Of a DNA stretch of 55,463 nt, positions 19,547 through 28,219 are shown in pieces. Numbering within the stretch: position 1 is the stretch's first letter; every line of letters begins with the position of its first letter. The stretch covers positions 1 to 55,463 of the forward strand of contig JBDHVB010000003.1 of assembly GCA_039809465.1 (NCBI GenBank). Direction: 5' to 3'. Origin of the DNA: Myxococcota bacterium. Its GTDB lineage: Bacteria; Myxococcota; XYA12-FULL-58-9; JALHOP01. The position numbers and the translations under genes were made by a program. The notes under the pieces are model-generated. The model did not search any database, had not been told where the DNA came from, and saw only the letters and a program-made list of their open reading frames with translations.

Positions 19547-20941
19547 ATGTCGAATGCCTCGAAAGCCGCCGCACATTTTGATGCCAACAGCCGCGAGTAC
19601 TTGGAGGATCTGAAGGCGCTCGTCGCCATCCCCAGCATCTCGTTCCCTGGCTTCGATCACAGCTTCATGAAGGTGTCCGCTCAAGCGACCGCGGATCTCC
19701 TGAAGAAGCGTGGCTTCGACAACGTCGAGATCCTCCCCCTCGACGACGCGCACCCGTACGTTTTCGCGGAGGTCAAGGCGGACCCTAAGGCGCCGACTCT
19801 ACTTCTCTACGCGCACCACGACGTGCAGCCCGCGGGCGATGCGTCGCAGTGGACCTCGCCGCCGTTCACGCCCACCGAGCGCAATGGCCGCCTCTATGGC
19901 CGCGGTACCTCCGACGACAAGGTCGGCATCTCCATCCACGCCTCGGCCGTCGACAGCTGGCGCAAGGGGGGCGGCGGCAAGCTCCCCGTGAACTTGAAGT
20001 TCCTCATCGAGGGCGAGGAGGAGATCGGCTCCGCGCACCTGATGAAGTTCTTGCATAAGCACCTCGATAAGCTGAAGGCCGACGCCATCATCATCACCGA
20101 CACGGCCAACATCGACACCGGCATCCCGTCGCTCACCAACTCGCTGCGCGGCATGGCGGCGGTCGACGTCGAGGTGAAGGTCCTCAAGGGCCCGCTGCAC
20201 TCCGGCATGTGGGGCGGTCCGCTCCCCGACGCCGCGATGGCGCTCGCGAAGATGCTGGCGCGTCTCACCAACGACGATGGCAGCGTGAACCTCCCGGGCT
20301 TCTACGAGAAGGTCATGCCGATGAACGCCGCCGAGCGCGCCTCGCTCGAGACGCTGCCCATCGACAAGGCGGGCTTCCGCAAGATGGCCGGCATCCTCGA
20401 CGGCGTGCCGCTCACCACCGAGGGCAACCCGTACGAGGCGATCTGGCGCAAGCCGACCATCGCCATCAACGCCATGCAGGCGTCCTCGCGAGCGGACGCG
20501 CGCAACATCCTCGTCGAGAGCGCTTGGGCCCGCGTCGGTATTCGCCTCGTGCCCGATCAAGATCCGCAGGCGGCGCAAGACGCGCTGGTCACGGCGCTCG
20601 AGAAGGACCCACCGTTCGGCGCGCAGGTCACCGTCACCCGCCATCAGGCCTCGCCCGCCTGGCACTGCTCGACGGAGCACCCGGCCTTCAAGGCCGCCTC
20701 GCGCTCGCTCGAGCAAGGCTTTGGCCGCGCGCCGACCATCCTCGGCGCGGGTGGCTCGATCCCGTTCGTCGGTCCGTTCTGCGAGGCGCTGGGCGGGGTG
20801 CCGGCCATCATGCTCGGCATCGAGGACCCGTACTCGTACATCCACGGCATCGACGAGTCGCAGTCGATCAGCGACTGGGAGAAGGTCACGAAGTCGACCA
20901 TTCACCTCTACGAAGAGCTCGCGCGAACGCTCGCGAAGTGA
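19547..20941 (+). CDS. M20-family metallo-dipeptidase
   Basis: YAHHDVQP, GRGTSDDK, EGEEEIGS, LHSG, GGSIP, HGIDE. Confidence 0.92.
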   Translation: MSNASKAAAHFDANSREYLEDLKALVAIPSISFPGFDHSFMKVSAQATADLLKKRGFDNVEILPLDDAHPYVFAEVKADPKAPTLLLYAHHDVQPAGDASQWTSPPFTPTERNGRLYGRGTSDDKVGISIHASAVDSWRKGGGGKLPVNLKFLIEGEEEIGSAHLMKFLHKHLDKLKADAIIITDTANIDTGIPSLTNSLRGMAAVDVEVKVLKGPLHSGMWGGPLPDAAMALAKMLARLTNDDGSVNLPGFYEKVMPMNAAERASLETLPIDKAGFRKMAGILDGVPLTTEGNPYEAIWRKPTIAINAMQASSRADARNILVESAWARVGIRLVPDQDPQAAQDALVTALEKDPPFGAQVTVTRHQASPAWHCSTEHPAFKAASRSLEQGFGRAPTILGAGGSIPFVGPFCEALGGVPAIMLGIEDPYSYIHGIDESQSISDWEKVTKSTIHLYEELARTLAK

Positions 20942-21717
20942 AGCTCCTCTGCTGGAACGTCAACTCGGTGAAGGCGCGCGAGGAGCGCTTCTTCCTGGCG
21001 TTGGCGCGGCATCAGCCGGACGTCGTGTGCCTGCAGGAAACGAAGGTTCCCGACGGCGCCTTCCCGACGGCGCGGCTGCTCGAGCTCGGCTACCACGCGG
21101 CGCTGCACGGCCAGAAGGCCTACAACGGCGTCGCTCTGCTATCGAAGACACCCATCGAGGACGTGCGCATCGGCTTCGGGGACGGCAACGCCGATACGCA
21201 ATCGCGGTACGTGAGCGGCCTGGTGAACGGGGTGCGCATCGCCAGCGTCTACGTGCCGAACGGCAGCTCCGTCGACTCCGACAAGTGGCGCTACAAGATG
21301 GAGTGGCTGAAGCGCTTCGAGGCGTACCTCGCGGCGAACCACGCGCCGGCCGAGCCCATCTTGCTGTGCGGTGACTACAACATCGCGCCCGACGCGCGTG
21401 ACGTGGCGCGGCCGTTCGAGTGGGAGCACACCGTCCTCTATCACCCGGAGGCGCGCGCCGCCTTGCAGTCGCTGATGGCGTTCGGGCTCGTCGATGTCTT
21501 CCGCAAGGCGCGGGAAGAGGGCGGCTTGTTCTCGTGGTGGGACTACCGCAACCTCGGCTTCCAGCGGAACAACGGCCTGCGCATCGATCTGGTGTTGGGC
21601 ACGAACGCCATCGCGGAGCGCGTGCGCGCGGCTTCGATCGACCGCGACGAGCGCTATCCCAAGGCGCACACCACGCCGCCGAGTGATCACGCGCCGGTCA
21701 TCATCGAGCTGGCGTAG
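20938..21717 (+). CDS. xth: Exodeoxyribonuclease III
   Basis: WNVNS, LQETK, GQKAYNGVA, YVPNG, GDYNIA, SWWDYR, GLRID, SDHAPV. GTG overlaps the upstream stop. Confidence 0.95.
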   Translation: MKLLCWNVNSVKAREERFFLALARHQPDVVCLQETKVPDGAFPTARLLELGYHAALHGQKAYNGVALLSKTPIEDVRIGFGDGNADTQSRYVSGLVNGVRIASVYVPNGSSVDSDKWRYKMEWLKRFEAYLAANHAPAEPILLCGDYNIAPDARDVARPFEWEHTVLYHPEARAALQSLMAFGLVDVFRKAREEGGLFSWWDYRNLGFQRNNGLRIDLVLGTNAIAERVRAASIDRDERYPKAHTTPPSDHAPVIIELA

Positions 21718-21747
21718 CGGGACGCTTCCTCCTACGGTTGGGCATCC

Positions 21748-23196
21748 ATGATCGATACGTTGCTCGACCTCTGGCAGCGCTTCACGGCCATCCCGCATCT
21801 CTCCGGTTACCTGACCGGAGCCTGGACCGCGTACATCGTGGTGCTGTGCATCTGGGTCGTGCTGCAGAAGCGCGACCCGTCGGCGACGCTCGCCTGGATC
21901 ATGGTGTTGGGCCTGGTGCCGTACGTCGGCTTCGGCATCTACTTCGTGTTCGGCCCGCAACGCGTGCACCGGCAGCGCCTGCGCCGTGGCCGCTCGCGGC
22001 GCGGCTTGGAGGCCTACAGCGATGTGTGTCCGCCCGACGCCGACTGCGTCGAGCTCGCAAAGCTGGGACAGGCGACGACCGGCCTGCCGCCGAGCAGCGC
22101 GGCGCGCATCGACCTGCTCATCGACGGTGCCGCGACCTTCGACGCGCTGGTGGAGGCCGTGGCCGGCGCCAAGCATCACGTGCACCTCGAGTACTACATC
22201 TACGAGCCCGATGAGACCGGCCGCCGCTTGCGCGATGCGCTGGTGGAGCGCGCCAAGGCGGGCGTGAGCGTGAAGCTCCTCCTCGACGGCGTGGGCTCCT
22301 CGCGCCTCCATCACCGCTTCTTGAAGCCGCTGCTCGAGGCGGGAGGGCAGGTCGCCTGGTTTCATCCCATCCGCTTCCGCGGATTCCGCCGCCCGTGGGT
22401 CAACATGCGCTCGCACCGCAAGTTGGTGATCATCGACGGCATCCTCGGCTTCACGGGCGGCGTGAACGTCACCGATGACGAGAACGAGCGCATCAAGCCG
22501 GATGCTTATCGCGACCTTCACCTGCGCATCGAAGGCGCGGTGGTGCGCTCGATGCAGCTCACCTTCGTCGAGGATTGGGTCTACGGCTCCGGCTCGGGCA
22601 TCGAGGTCTTCGACAAGGTCGAGCTGTGGGGCGTCGATCAGGCTCCGACCGGCCCGGTGGCGGCGCAGCTCTTGGTGTCGGGGCCCGACTCCTCGTGGGA
22701 GTCGATTCACCGCCTGCACGTCGGCGCGATCTACGAAGCACGCAAGCGCGTGTGGCTGGTGACGCCTTACTTCGTGCCCGGCGAGGCGGCGCTCATGTCG
22801 CTGACGTCGGCGGCGTTGGGAGGGCTCGACGTGCGCGTGCTCGTGCCCAAGCGCAGCGACTCGCTGTTCGTCACCTGGGCCGCGCGCTCGTATTACGATG
22901 AGCTGCTCGCCGCGGGCGTGCGCATCTACGAGTATGGCCCGCGCATGCTGCACACCAAGGCGCTGCTCGCCGACGACGTGGCCATCGTCGGCAGCTGCAA
23001 CTTCGACTACCGCAGCTTCCGGCTGAACTTCGAAGCCTCGATGATGATCCGCGATGACGGCTTCACCAAGCGGCTCACGAGCTTCGTCGCGGGCGAGCTG
23101 CTGCACGCCAAGGAGGTCTCTCCGGAGCGCGAGGTCTCGTTGCTGCGCCAGCGCCTCCCGGAGGCAGCGGCGCGCTTGTTCTCGCCGCTGCTCTGA
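21748..23196 (+). CDS. cls: Cardiolipin synthase
   Basis: Two N-terminal TM helices and two HKD motifs (HRKLVIID, HTKALLAD). Confidence 0.94.
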   Translation: MIDTLLDLWQRFTAIPHLSGYLTGAWTAYIVVLCIWVVLQKRDPSATLAWIMVLGLVPYVGFGIYFVFGPQRVHRQRLRRGRSRRGLEAYSDVCPPDADCVELAKLGQATTGLPPSSAARIDLLIDGAATFDALVEAVAGAKHHVHLEYYIYEPDETGRRLRDALVERAKAGVSVKLLLDGVGSSRLHHRFLKPLLEAGGQVAWFHPIRFRGFRRPWVNMRSHRKLVIIDGILGFTGGVNVTDDENERIKPDAYRDLHLRIEGAVVRSMQLTFVEDWVYGSGSGIEVFDKVELWGVDQAPTGPVAAQLLVSGPDSSWESIHRLHVGAIYEARKRVWLVTPYFVPGEAALMSLTSAALGGLDVRVLVPKRSDSLFVTWAARSYYDELLAAGVRIYEYGPRMLHTKALLADDVAIVGSCNFDYRSFRLNFEASMMIRDDGFTKRLTSFVAGELLHAKEVSPEREVSLLRQRLPEAAARLFSPLL

Positions 23197-23199
23197 GCG

Positions 23200-23469
23200 T
23201 TACTCGCAGCGCGGCAAAGCGCGCCTCGCGCAGGTGCTGATGCGGAGGGCCGCGGCCGGGTGCACGTTCAGCGCGGCGGCCGTGCGGCGCTGGCTCGTCA
23301 TGTGGCTCTGCTCGTTGATCATGCGGTCGATGGTCGAGAGCGCCGCGAGGCCGGCCGTGGGCCCTTCGGCCGCCGCCTGCGCGTTGTAGGCGCGGATGAT
23401 CTCCTCGCCTTCGCTGTCGGAGATGGACGAGTCACTCAGGGCCGCGGAGATGGTTTCGATGAGTCGCAT
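23200..23469 (-). CDS. Small hypothetical protein or gene remnant
   Basis: Fills an intergenic gap. The N-terminal half is coding-like and the tail may be frameshifted. Confidence 0.4.
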   Translation of the reverse strand: MRLIETISAALSDSSISDSEGEEIIRAYNAQAAAEGPTAGLAALSTIDRMINEQSHMTSQRRTAAALNVHPAAALRISTCARRALPRCE

Positions 23470-23529
23470 GGTGCGGGATATCGGCCGGGCCGCGCACGCC
23501 GTCGTGAGATTGCGCGTGGAACGAGCCTG

Positions 23530-24642
23530 TCAAAACGTCAGGGCCAGCTCGATTTCGGCGCGCACGTCCGCGTCGCTCTCACCGCGCAACGCGTCTTCCA
23601 AAGCGGACTTCGCCGCGCGCTCGCGAGCGGCATAGCGGCCGAGCGCCCATGCGGCGTGGCCGCGTACGAGAGGAGAGATGTGCGTGGCCAACGCCTTGAC
23701 GAGCGGCGGGATGGCGCGGACGTCGTTGCAGTTGCCGAGCGCGATGCAGGCGTTGCGGTGCAGCTGATTGCGGCTGACGCGGCGCATGGCGGTGCCGTTC
23801 ACGAAGCGGCGGTGCGCCTTGGATCCGACCTCGAGCATGCCGGCGAGGTCGAGGCTCGTGAAGCGCGGCTGCATCTCCGGGGCGACGGCACGCTCTTGCT
23901 TGGAGGCGTTGAACGGGCAGACCTCCTGGCAGATGTCGCAGCCGTAGACCCAGGTGCCGATGAGCGGCCGCAGCTCGCGGGGAACGGCGCCGCGCAGCTC
24001 GATGGTGAGGTACGAGATGCAGCGCCGCGCGTCGAGCACCTGCGCGTCGACGATGGCGCCGGTGGGACAGGCCTGGATGCACTTGGTGCAGCTGCCGCAG
24101 CGTGACCGCTCGGGCGTATCGGGTGTGAGCGTGAGGTCGACGAGCAGCTCGCCCAGGGAAAAGTAGCTGCCGATGCCTGGCGCGATGGCCATGGTCGACT
24201 TGGCGATGAAGCCGACGCCGGCGCGCTCCGCGGCTTCACGCTCGAGGATGGCGGAGCTATCGACGCACGGGCGCGCCAGGACGGGGCCCCCGACGAGCTC
24301 GACCAGCTTGTCCGCGAGCGCGCGTAGCTTGTCGCGCATGACCGCGTGATAGTCGCCGCCGAGCGCATAGCGGGCGACCCGGCCGTGCATCGCGGGGGCC
24401 TCCGGCAACTCGCGGGTATAAGGCAGGGCGACGACGATCAGCGTCTTCGCCTGCTCGAGCAGGCTCTTGGGCTCGGCGCGGCTTGGGTGCTGCGCCATGT
24501 AAGCCATCTCGCCGTGGCGGCCGTGCTTGATCCAGTCCGCTAAAGCGTCTGCGCCGCGCACGAACGGCTCGACGGGCGAGAAGCCCACCCGCACGAAGCC
24601 AAGCTCGAGCGCCGCGTCGCGCACCTGGTCAGCCAAGGACAT
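23530..24642 (-). CDS. queG: Epoxyqueuosine reductase
   Basis: HGEMAYM, ARYALGGDYH, CGSCTKCIQACP, CISYLTIE, GCDICQEVCP, HEAT-like tail. Confidence 0.95.
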   Translation of the reverse strand: MSLADQVRDAALELGFVRVGFSPVEPFVRGADALADWIKHGRHGEMAYMAQHPSRAEPKSLLEQAKTLIVVALPYTRELPEAPAMHGRVARYALGGDYHAVMRDKLRALADKLVELVGGPVLARPCVDSSAILEREAAERAGVGFIAKSTMAIAPGIGSYFSLGELLVDLTLTPDTPERSRCGSCTKCIQACPTGAIVDAQVLDARRCISYLTIELRGAVPRELRPLIGTWVYGCDICQEVCPFNASKQERAVAPEMQPRFTSLDLAGMLEVGSKAHRRFVNGTAMRRVSRNQLHRNACIALGNCNDVRAIPPLVKALATHISPLVRGHAAWALGRYAARERAAKSALEDALRGESDADVRAEIELALTF

Positions 24643-24703
24643 TGTGCCGCATGTCTACGTGAGGCCTCGGCCTTTGTCAGCGACCCGTGGTAGCGGTCCG
24701 TCC

Positions 24704-25369
24704 ATGAGCATCCAGGGCCTGACCTTCGTCGAAGACCAAGTGAAGATGCCGGTGATGACGTTGCCCGTGCGGACCACCATCATCGACGTCAGCGGCGGCC
24801 GCGTCATGTTCTCACCCGGCTCGATGATGAGCGGGGAGCAGCTCGGGCGCGCGGGGGAGGTCACCGACATCGTGGCGCCGAGCTTCTGGCACACCGACGG
24901 CGGCCCGGTCGCCGCGAAAGCCCACCCCAACGCCCGGCTCTGGGGGCCGCCGGGCATGCGCGACAAGCATCCCGGCCACCAGTGGTCGGTGCTCGGCGAG
25001 GATCCGTGGCCGTACGGCGGGGAGCTGAGCGTCATCGCGGTCGGTGGCATGCCGAAGGTGCGCGAGCACTTGCTCTACCACGCGCCGTCGAGGTCGCTCT
25101 GCGTGGTGGACCTCTTCTTCAACCTCGTCGATGCGAAGGGCCTAGGGGCGCGGCTCTTCCTGGGCATGTCCGGCAGCTACCGGCGCTTCGCGCTCAGCCG
25201 CCTCTTCAAGATGCTCGTGAAGGATAAGTCCGCTTTCGTGGCCTCGATGAAGCCGCTGGCCGCGTTGGACATCGCGAACATCGTCCCCGCGCACGGCGCC
25301 GTCGTGTCCACCAACGCCAAGCAACAGCTGCTCGACGCATTCCGCGCGCGCAAGCTGCCGATTGACTAG
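24704..25369 (+). CDS. DUF4336-like MBL-fold protein
   Basis: LPVRTT, IVAPSFWH, E..LYH..SRSL...DL, IVPAHG. Confidence 0.75.
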   Translation: MSIQGLTFVEDQVKMPVMTLPVRTTIIDVSGGRVMFSPGSMMSGEQLGRAGEVTDIVAPSFWHTDGGPVAAKAHPNARLWGPPGMRDKHPGHQWSVLGEDPWPYGGELSVIAVGGMPKVREHLLYHAPSRSLCVVDLFFNLVDAKGLGARLFLGMSGSYRRFALSRLFKMLVKDKSAFVASMKPLAALDIANIVPAHGAVVSTNAKQQLLDAFRARKLPID

Positions 25370-25384
25370 ACCAAGCGCCGACCG

Positions 25385-26545
25385 TTATTGCGGCGTCGCC
25401 GGCGCGCCATCGCGGGTCTGCTTCGCCGGCACGGTCTCGCCGAGCTGGCCGCAGGCCGCCGAGATGTCGCGGCCGCGGGGGCGGCGGAGCAGGGCGTTCA
25501 TGCCGTGGTTCTTGAGCTCGCGCTCGAAGGCGAGGACGTCGTTCCACTCGGGCGGCGTAAGCTCGGTGCGGTCGTGCGCGTTGAGCGGCAGCAAGTTGAT
25601 CTTCACCGGGATGCCACGCAGCAGGTGCGGCAGGCGGCGCGCGTCCTCGATGCGGTCGTTCACGCCGCCGAGCAGCACGTACTCGATGGTGATGCGGCGG
25701 CGCGGCTGCAGCGGGTAGGCGCGCAGCGCGGCGATGAGCTCTTCGAGCGGCCACTTCTTGGTGATGGGCATCACCTGCTGGCGGATGGCGTTGGTCGAGG
25801 CGTTGAGCGAGATGGCGAGCTGCGTGGGGAGGTCGCGCCCCAGGTCGTAGATGCGGGGCACGATGCCGCTGGTGCTGACCGTGATGCGCTTCGATGGGAA
25901 GGCCGCGCCCATCGGGTCGAGCAGGATCTTGATGGCGCGCGTGACGTGCTCGTAGTTGAGCAGCGGCTCGCCCATGCCCATGAAGACGATGTTGGTGACC
26001 CCGGCCGCCTCGCCGAGCGGCGCAACGTCATCGCGGACAGCCATGACCTGGCCGACGATCTCCGCGGCCGACAGGTTGCGGTTCCGCTTGAGCGACGCCG
26101 TGAAGCAGAACTTGCAGCCGACGGCGCAGCCCGTCTGACTCGAGACGCAGAGCGTGTTGGTGCGTGAGCCGCGCGCGACCTCGGGGATGTAGACTGCTTC
26201 GAAGATCGAGCCGTCGGTCGCCTTGAGCTTGTACTTGCGGGTGCCGTCCGTCGACGCCTGCACCTGGTCGATCACCGGGCGGCCGATGTCGAAGGTCTCC
26301 TCGAGAGCGCCGCGCAGCTTCTTGCTGATGTCCGTGAGATCGGCGAACGATTGGACGCGGCGGTGGAAGAGGCCGGAGAAGATCTGACGCCCGCGATAGC
26401 GTGGCTCACCAGCCGCCTCGGCGAAGCGCTCGAGCTCGGCCATGGGCACGCCCATGAGGTTGGGCTTGCCGTCGGGCGGCGGGGCCGAGAGCGCGTCGAG
26501 CGACTCCAAGGCCTTCAGGACGAGCTCTGCGTGGATGGACGACAT
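25385..26545 (-). CDS. rlmN: Dual-specificity RNA methyltransferase RlmN
   Basis: CVSSQTGCAVGCKFC, MGMGEP, SLNA, EYVLL, RGRDISAACGQL. Confidence 0.95.
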   Translation of the reverse strand: MSSIHAELVLKALESLDALSAPPPDGKPNLMGVPMAELERFAEAAGEPRYRGRQIFSGLFHRRVQSFADLTDISKKLRGALEETFDIGRPVIDQVQASTDGTRKYKLKATDGSIFEAVYIPEVARGSRTNTLCVSSQTGCAVGCKFCFTASLKRNRNLSAAEIVGQVMAVRDDVAPLGEAAGVTNIVFMGMGEPLLNYEHVTRAIKILLDPMGAAFPSKRITVSTSGIVPRIYDLGRDLPTQLAISLNASTNAIRQQVMPITKKWPLEELIAALRAYPLQPRRRITIEYVLLGGVNDRIEDARRLPHLLRGIPVKINLLPLNAHDRTELTPPEWNDVLAFERELKNHGMNALLRRPRGRDISAACGQLGETVPAKQTRDGAPATPQ

Positions 26546-26616
26546 GGCGCGGCGGATTAAACCACGTTTGCGCGCGGCTCGGCTATTCCCCACGGACCGG
26601 CCAACCCGGCAGGCCC

Positions 26617-26662
26617 AAAAACGCGAAAACCCGGTGGCGCTCGCCTTCGCGTCGCCACCGGG
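26617..26662 (-). terminator. Rho-independent terminator after the SBP gene
   Basis: Stem CCCGGTGGCG / CGCCACCGGG followed by U-rich tracts on the minus strand. Confidence 0.7.
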
Positions 26663-26690
26663 CTTCGTACGTTGCTAGACGCTCGAGACC

Positions 26691-28004
26691 TTACTGGCAG
26701 GACGCGAAGGTCGACGTGAAGCAGCCAGTCTTCTCGATGGCGTTCGACGCGTTGACGCGCCAGGTGTCGATGTTGGCGATGATGTCGCCGTTCTCATCGA
26801 AGTCGACCGCGCCCGAGGCGCCGTCGTAGTCCATCGCGCCGGCCTTGCGGGCGTTCTTGGTGGCGGCCCAGTTGTCGCCCGAGAAGAGCGTGCCCGAGTG
26901 GGTGTTGGTCAGACCGACCTTCACCTGCTGGCGATCTTCCGGGTTCGCCGACAGCTGCATCGCTAGCGCGATCAACATGGCCGCGTCGTAGTGATTGGAG
27001 CCGTAGGTCTGGGGCGCCTCGCCGTAGGTGGCCGTGTAACGATCCACGAAGCTGTCGGCCGCGGCGCTGGTCGGCGTCGCGGGCACGGTGCCCTTCGCGG
27101 TGGTGAACACGCTCTTGTCGGCGACGCCGTCGACGAACGCCTGCTGGCGCAGAGCGTCGCCGTAGTACCAGCGCGTCGGCGCGTAGCCGTTCGTGTCGGC
27201 GGTGTTCATGAGGGTCGCGCCCTCCGGCGGGAAGCCGATGATGATACCGGCGCCGGCGCCAGCTTCGTTGTAGGTGTTCGCGGCGTCGATGACCGCCGCG
27301 GCGTTATTACCCGGGTTAAAGCCAGCCGCGAAAGCGGAGCTCGACGAGTTACCGCCACCGGCGCTGAAGGCCGCCGCGAACGAGTCCTTGAAGCCGGTGC
27401 CGTAGGCGTCGCTGAGGTTCATCACGAAGGCGCGGTCGAAGCCGTCGGCCTTCACGATGCCCGCGAGCACCGCGCCTTGCGCGGCGTCCGAGGGAGCAAC
27501 GCGGCTGACCCAGCCGTCGTCGTTGAGGGTGGTGAGGGCAGGGGAGGTGGCGCTACCTGCGATGAGCGAGACGCCACCCTGGGCGGCGACCGGCGCTTCC
27601 GCGAGGACCTCGGCGCTACGCGAGCCGCCGATGATGCCCGTGATAGCGGGTGTCACACCGAGGAGCTCGGTGACCGCTGCCGCGGCGTTGGCTTCCAAGC
27701 TCGCGGTGTCGCAACGGATCAAGCCGACCTTGCGGCCGTGGATGCCGACCTTGTCCTTGTTGATGTCGAGGATGGCCTGGTTGATCGCCTGTTCACGCGG
27801 AGTTCCGGTGGTGTTGGTACCGCTGAACGACAAAATGGCGCCGATGTAGTAATAACCTTGCGCGGCAACCGTGCAAGACGTGAGACCCTGGGGTTGCCGG
27901 ATCTCATCGAAATCAGGTTCATCGTCACCGCAACCGACCACGCCAACGGTAAGTGCGGCAGCCACTGCGACTGCACTAATACGATCCCACAAACGACTAC
28001 TCAT
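26691..28004 (-). CDS. Type I periplasmic-binding (LivJ/Venus-flytrap-like) lipoprotein
   Basis: Lipobox VVGC, SATSPALT..RVAPSDAAQG, DAYG, YDAAMLIALA, DYDGASGAVDFDENGD. Confidence 0.88.
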   Translation of the reverse strand: MSSRLWDRISAVAVAAALTVGVVGCGDDEPDFDEIRQPQGLTSCTVAAQGYYYIGAILSFSGTNTTGTPREQAINQAILDINKDKVGIHGRKVGLIRCDTASLEANAAAAVTELLGVTPAITGIIGGSRSAEVLAEAPVAAQGGVSLIAGSATSPALTTLNDDGWVSRVAPSDAAQGAVLAGIVKADGFDRAFVMNLSDAYGTGFKDSFAAAFSAGGGNSSSSAFAAGFNPGNNAAAVIDAANTYNEAGAGAGIIIGFPPEGATLMNTADTNGYAPTRWYYGDALRQQAFVDGVADKSVFTTAKGTVPATPTSAAADSFVDRYTATYGEAPQTYGSNHYDAAMLIALAMQLSANPEDRQQVKVGLTNTHSGTLFSGDNWAATKNARKAGAMDYDGASGAVDFDENGDIIANIDTWRVNASNAIEKTGCFTSTFASCQ

Positions 28005-28060
28005 GAATGGCAGCTCCTGGAGATTATGTTGCGCGAGTGATGCGGCGCTTGCACACTGCT

Positions 28061-28077
28061 AGCACGTGTTCGGCCAG
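28061..28077 (-). promoter_or_regulatory. Possible sigma54 promoter for the SBP gene
   Basis: Minus strand TGGCCG-AACAC-GTGCT (GG-N10-GC), with an AT-rich tract at about 28140-28160. Confidence 0.4.
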
Positions 28078-28219
28078 CGAAGCACGAATTCTCCTCTGCT
28101 ACATCACGCCTCGCCAGAATCTTTCGACGAATCACCACGTAAAAATATTCGTAAACAAAACTCTCACCACTCGATCTTGGTAGTCTGCTATAGGGGGCAA
28201 CCCCCGGAGCCGCGCGTTG

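Noticed and set aside
20209-20937. Apparent N-terminal extension of xth (similar ones on the LysM, SCP2-like and acyl-CoA dehydrogenase ORFs)
   Set aside because: They overlap upstream genes in another frame. Better starts lie at coupled GTGA/ATGA junctions or SD-supported ATGs.
21139-23106. Long antisense or alternate-frame ORFs (also 6224-7696, 10873-12393, 30654-32111, 45546-46967, 50141-51895)
   Set aside because: Expected in high-GC DNA opposite well-supported genes. They show no recognisable motifs.
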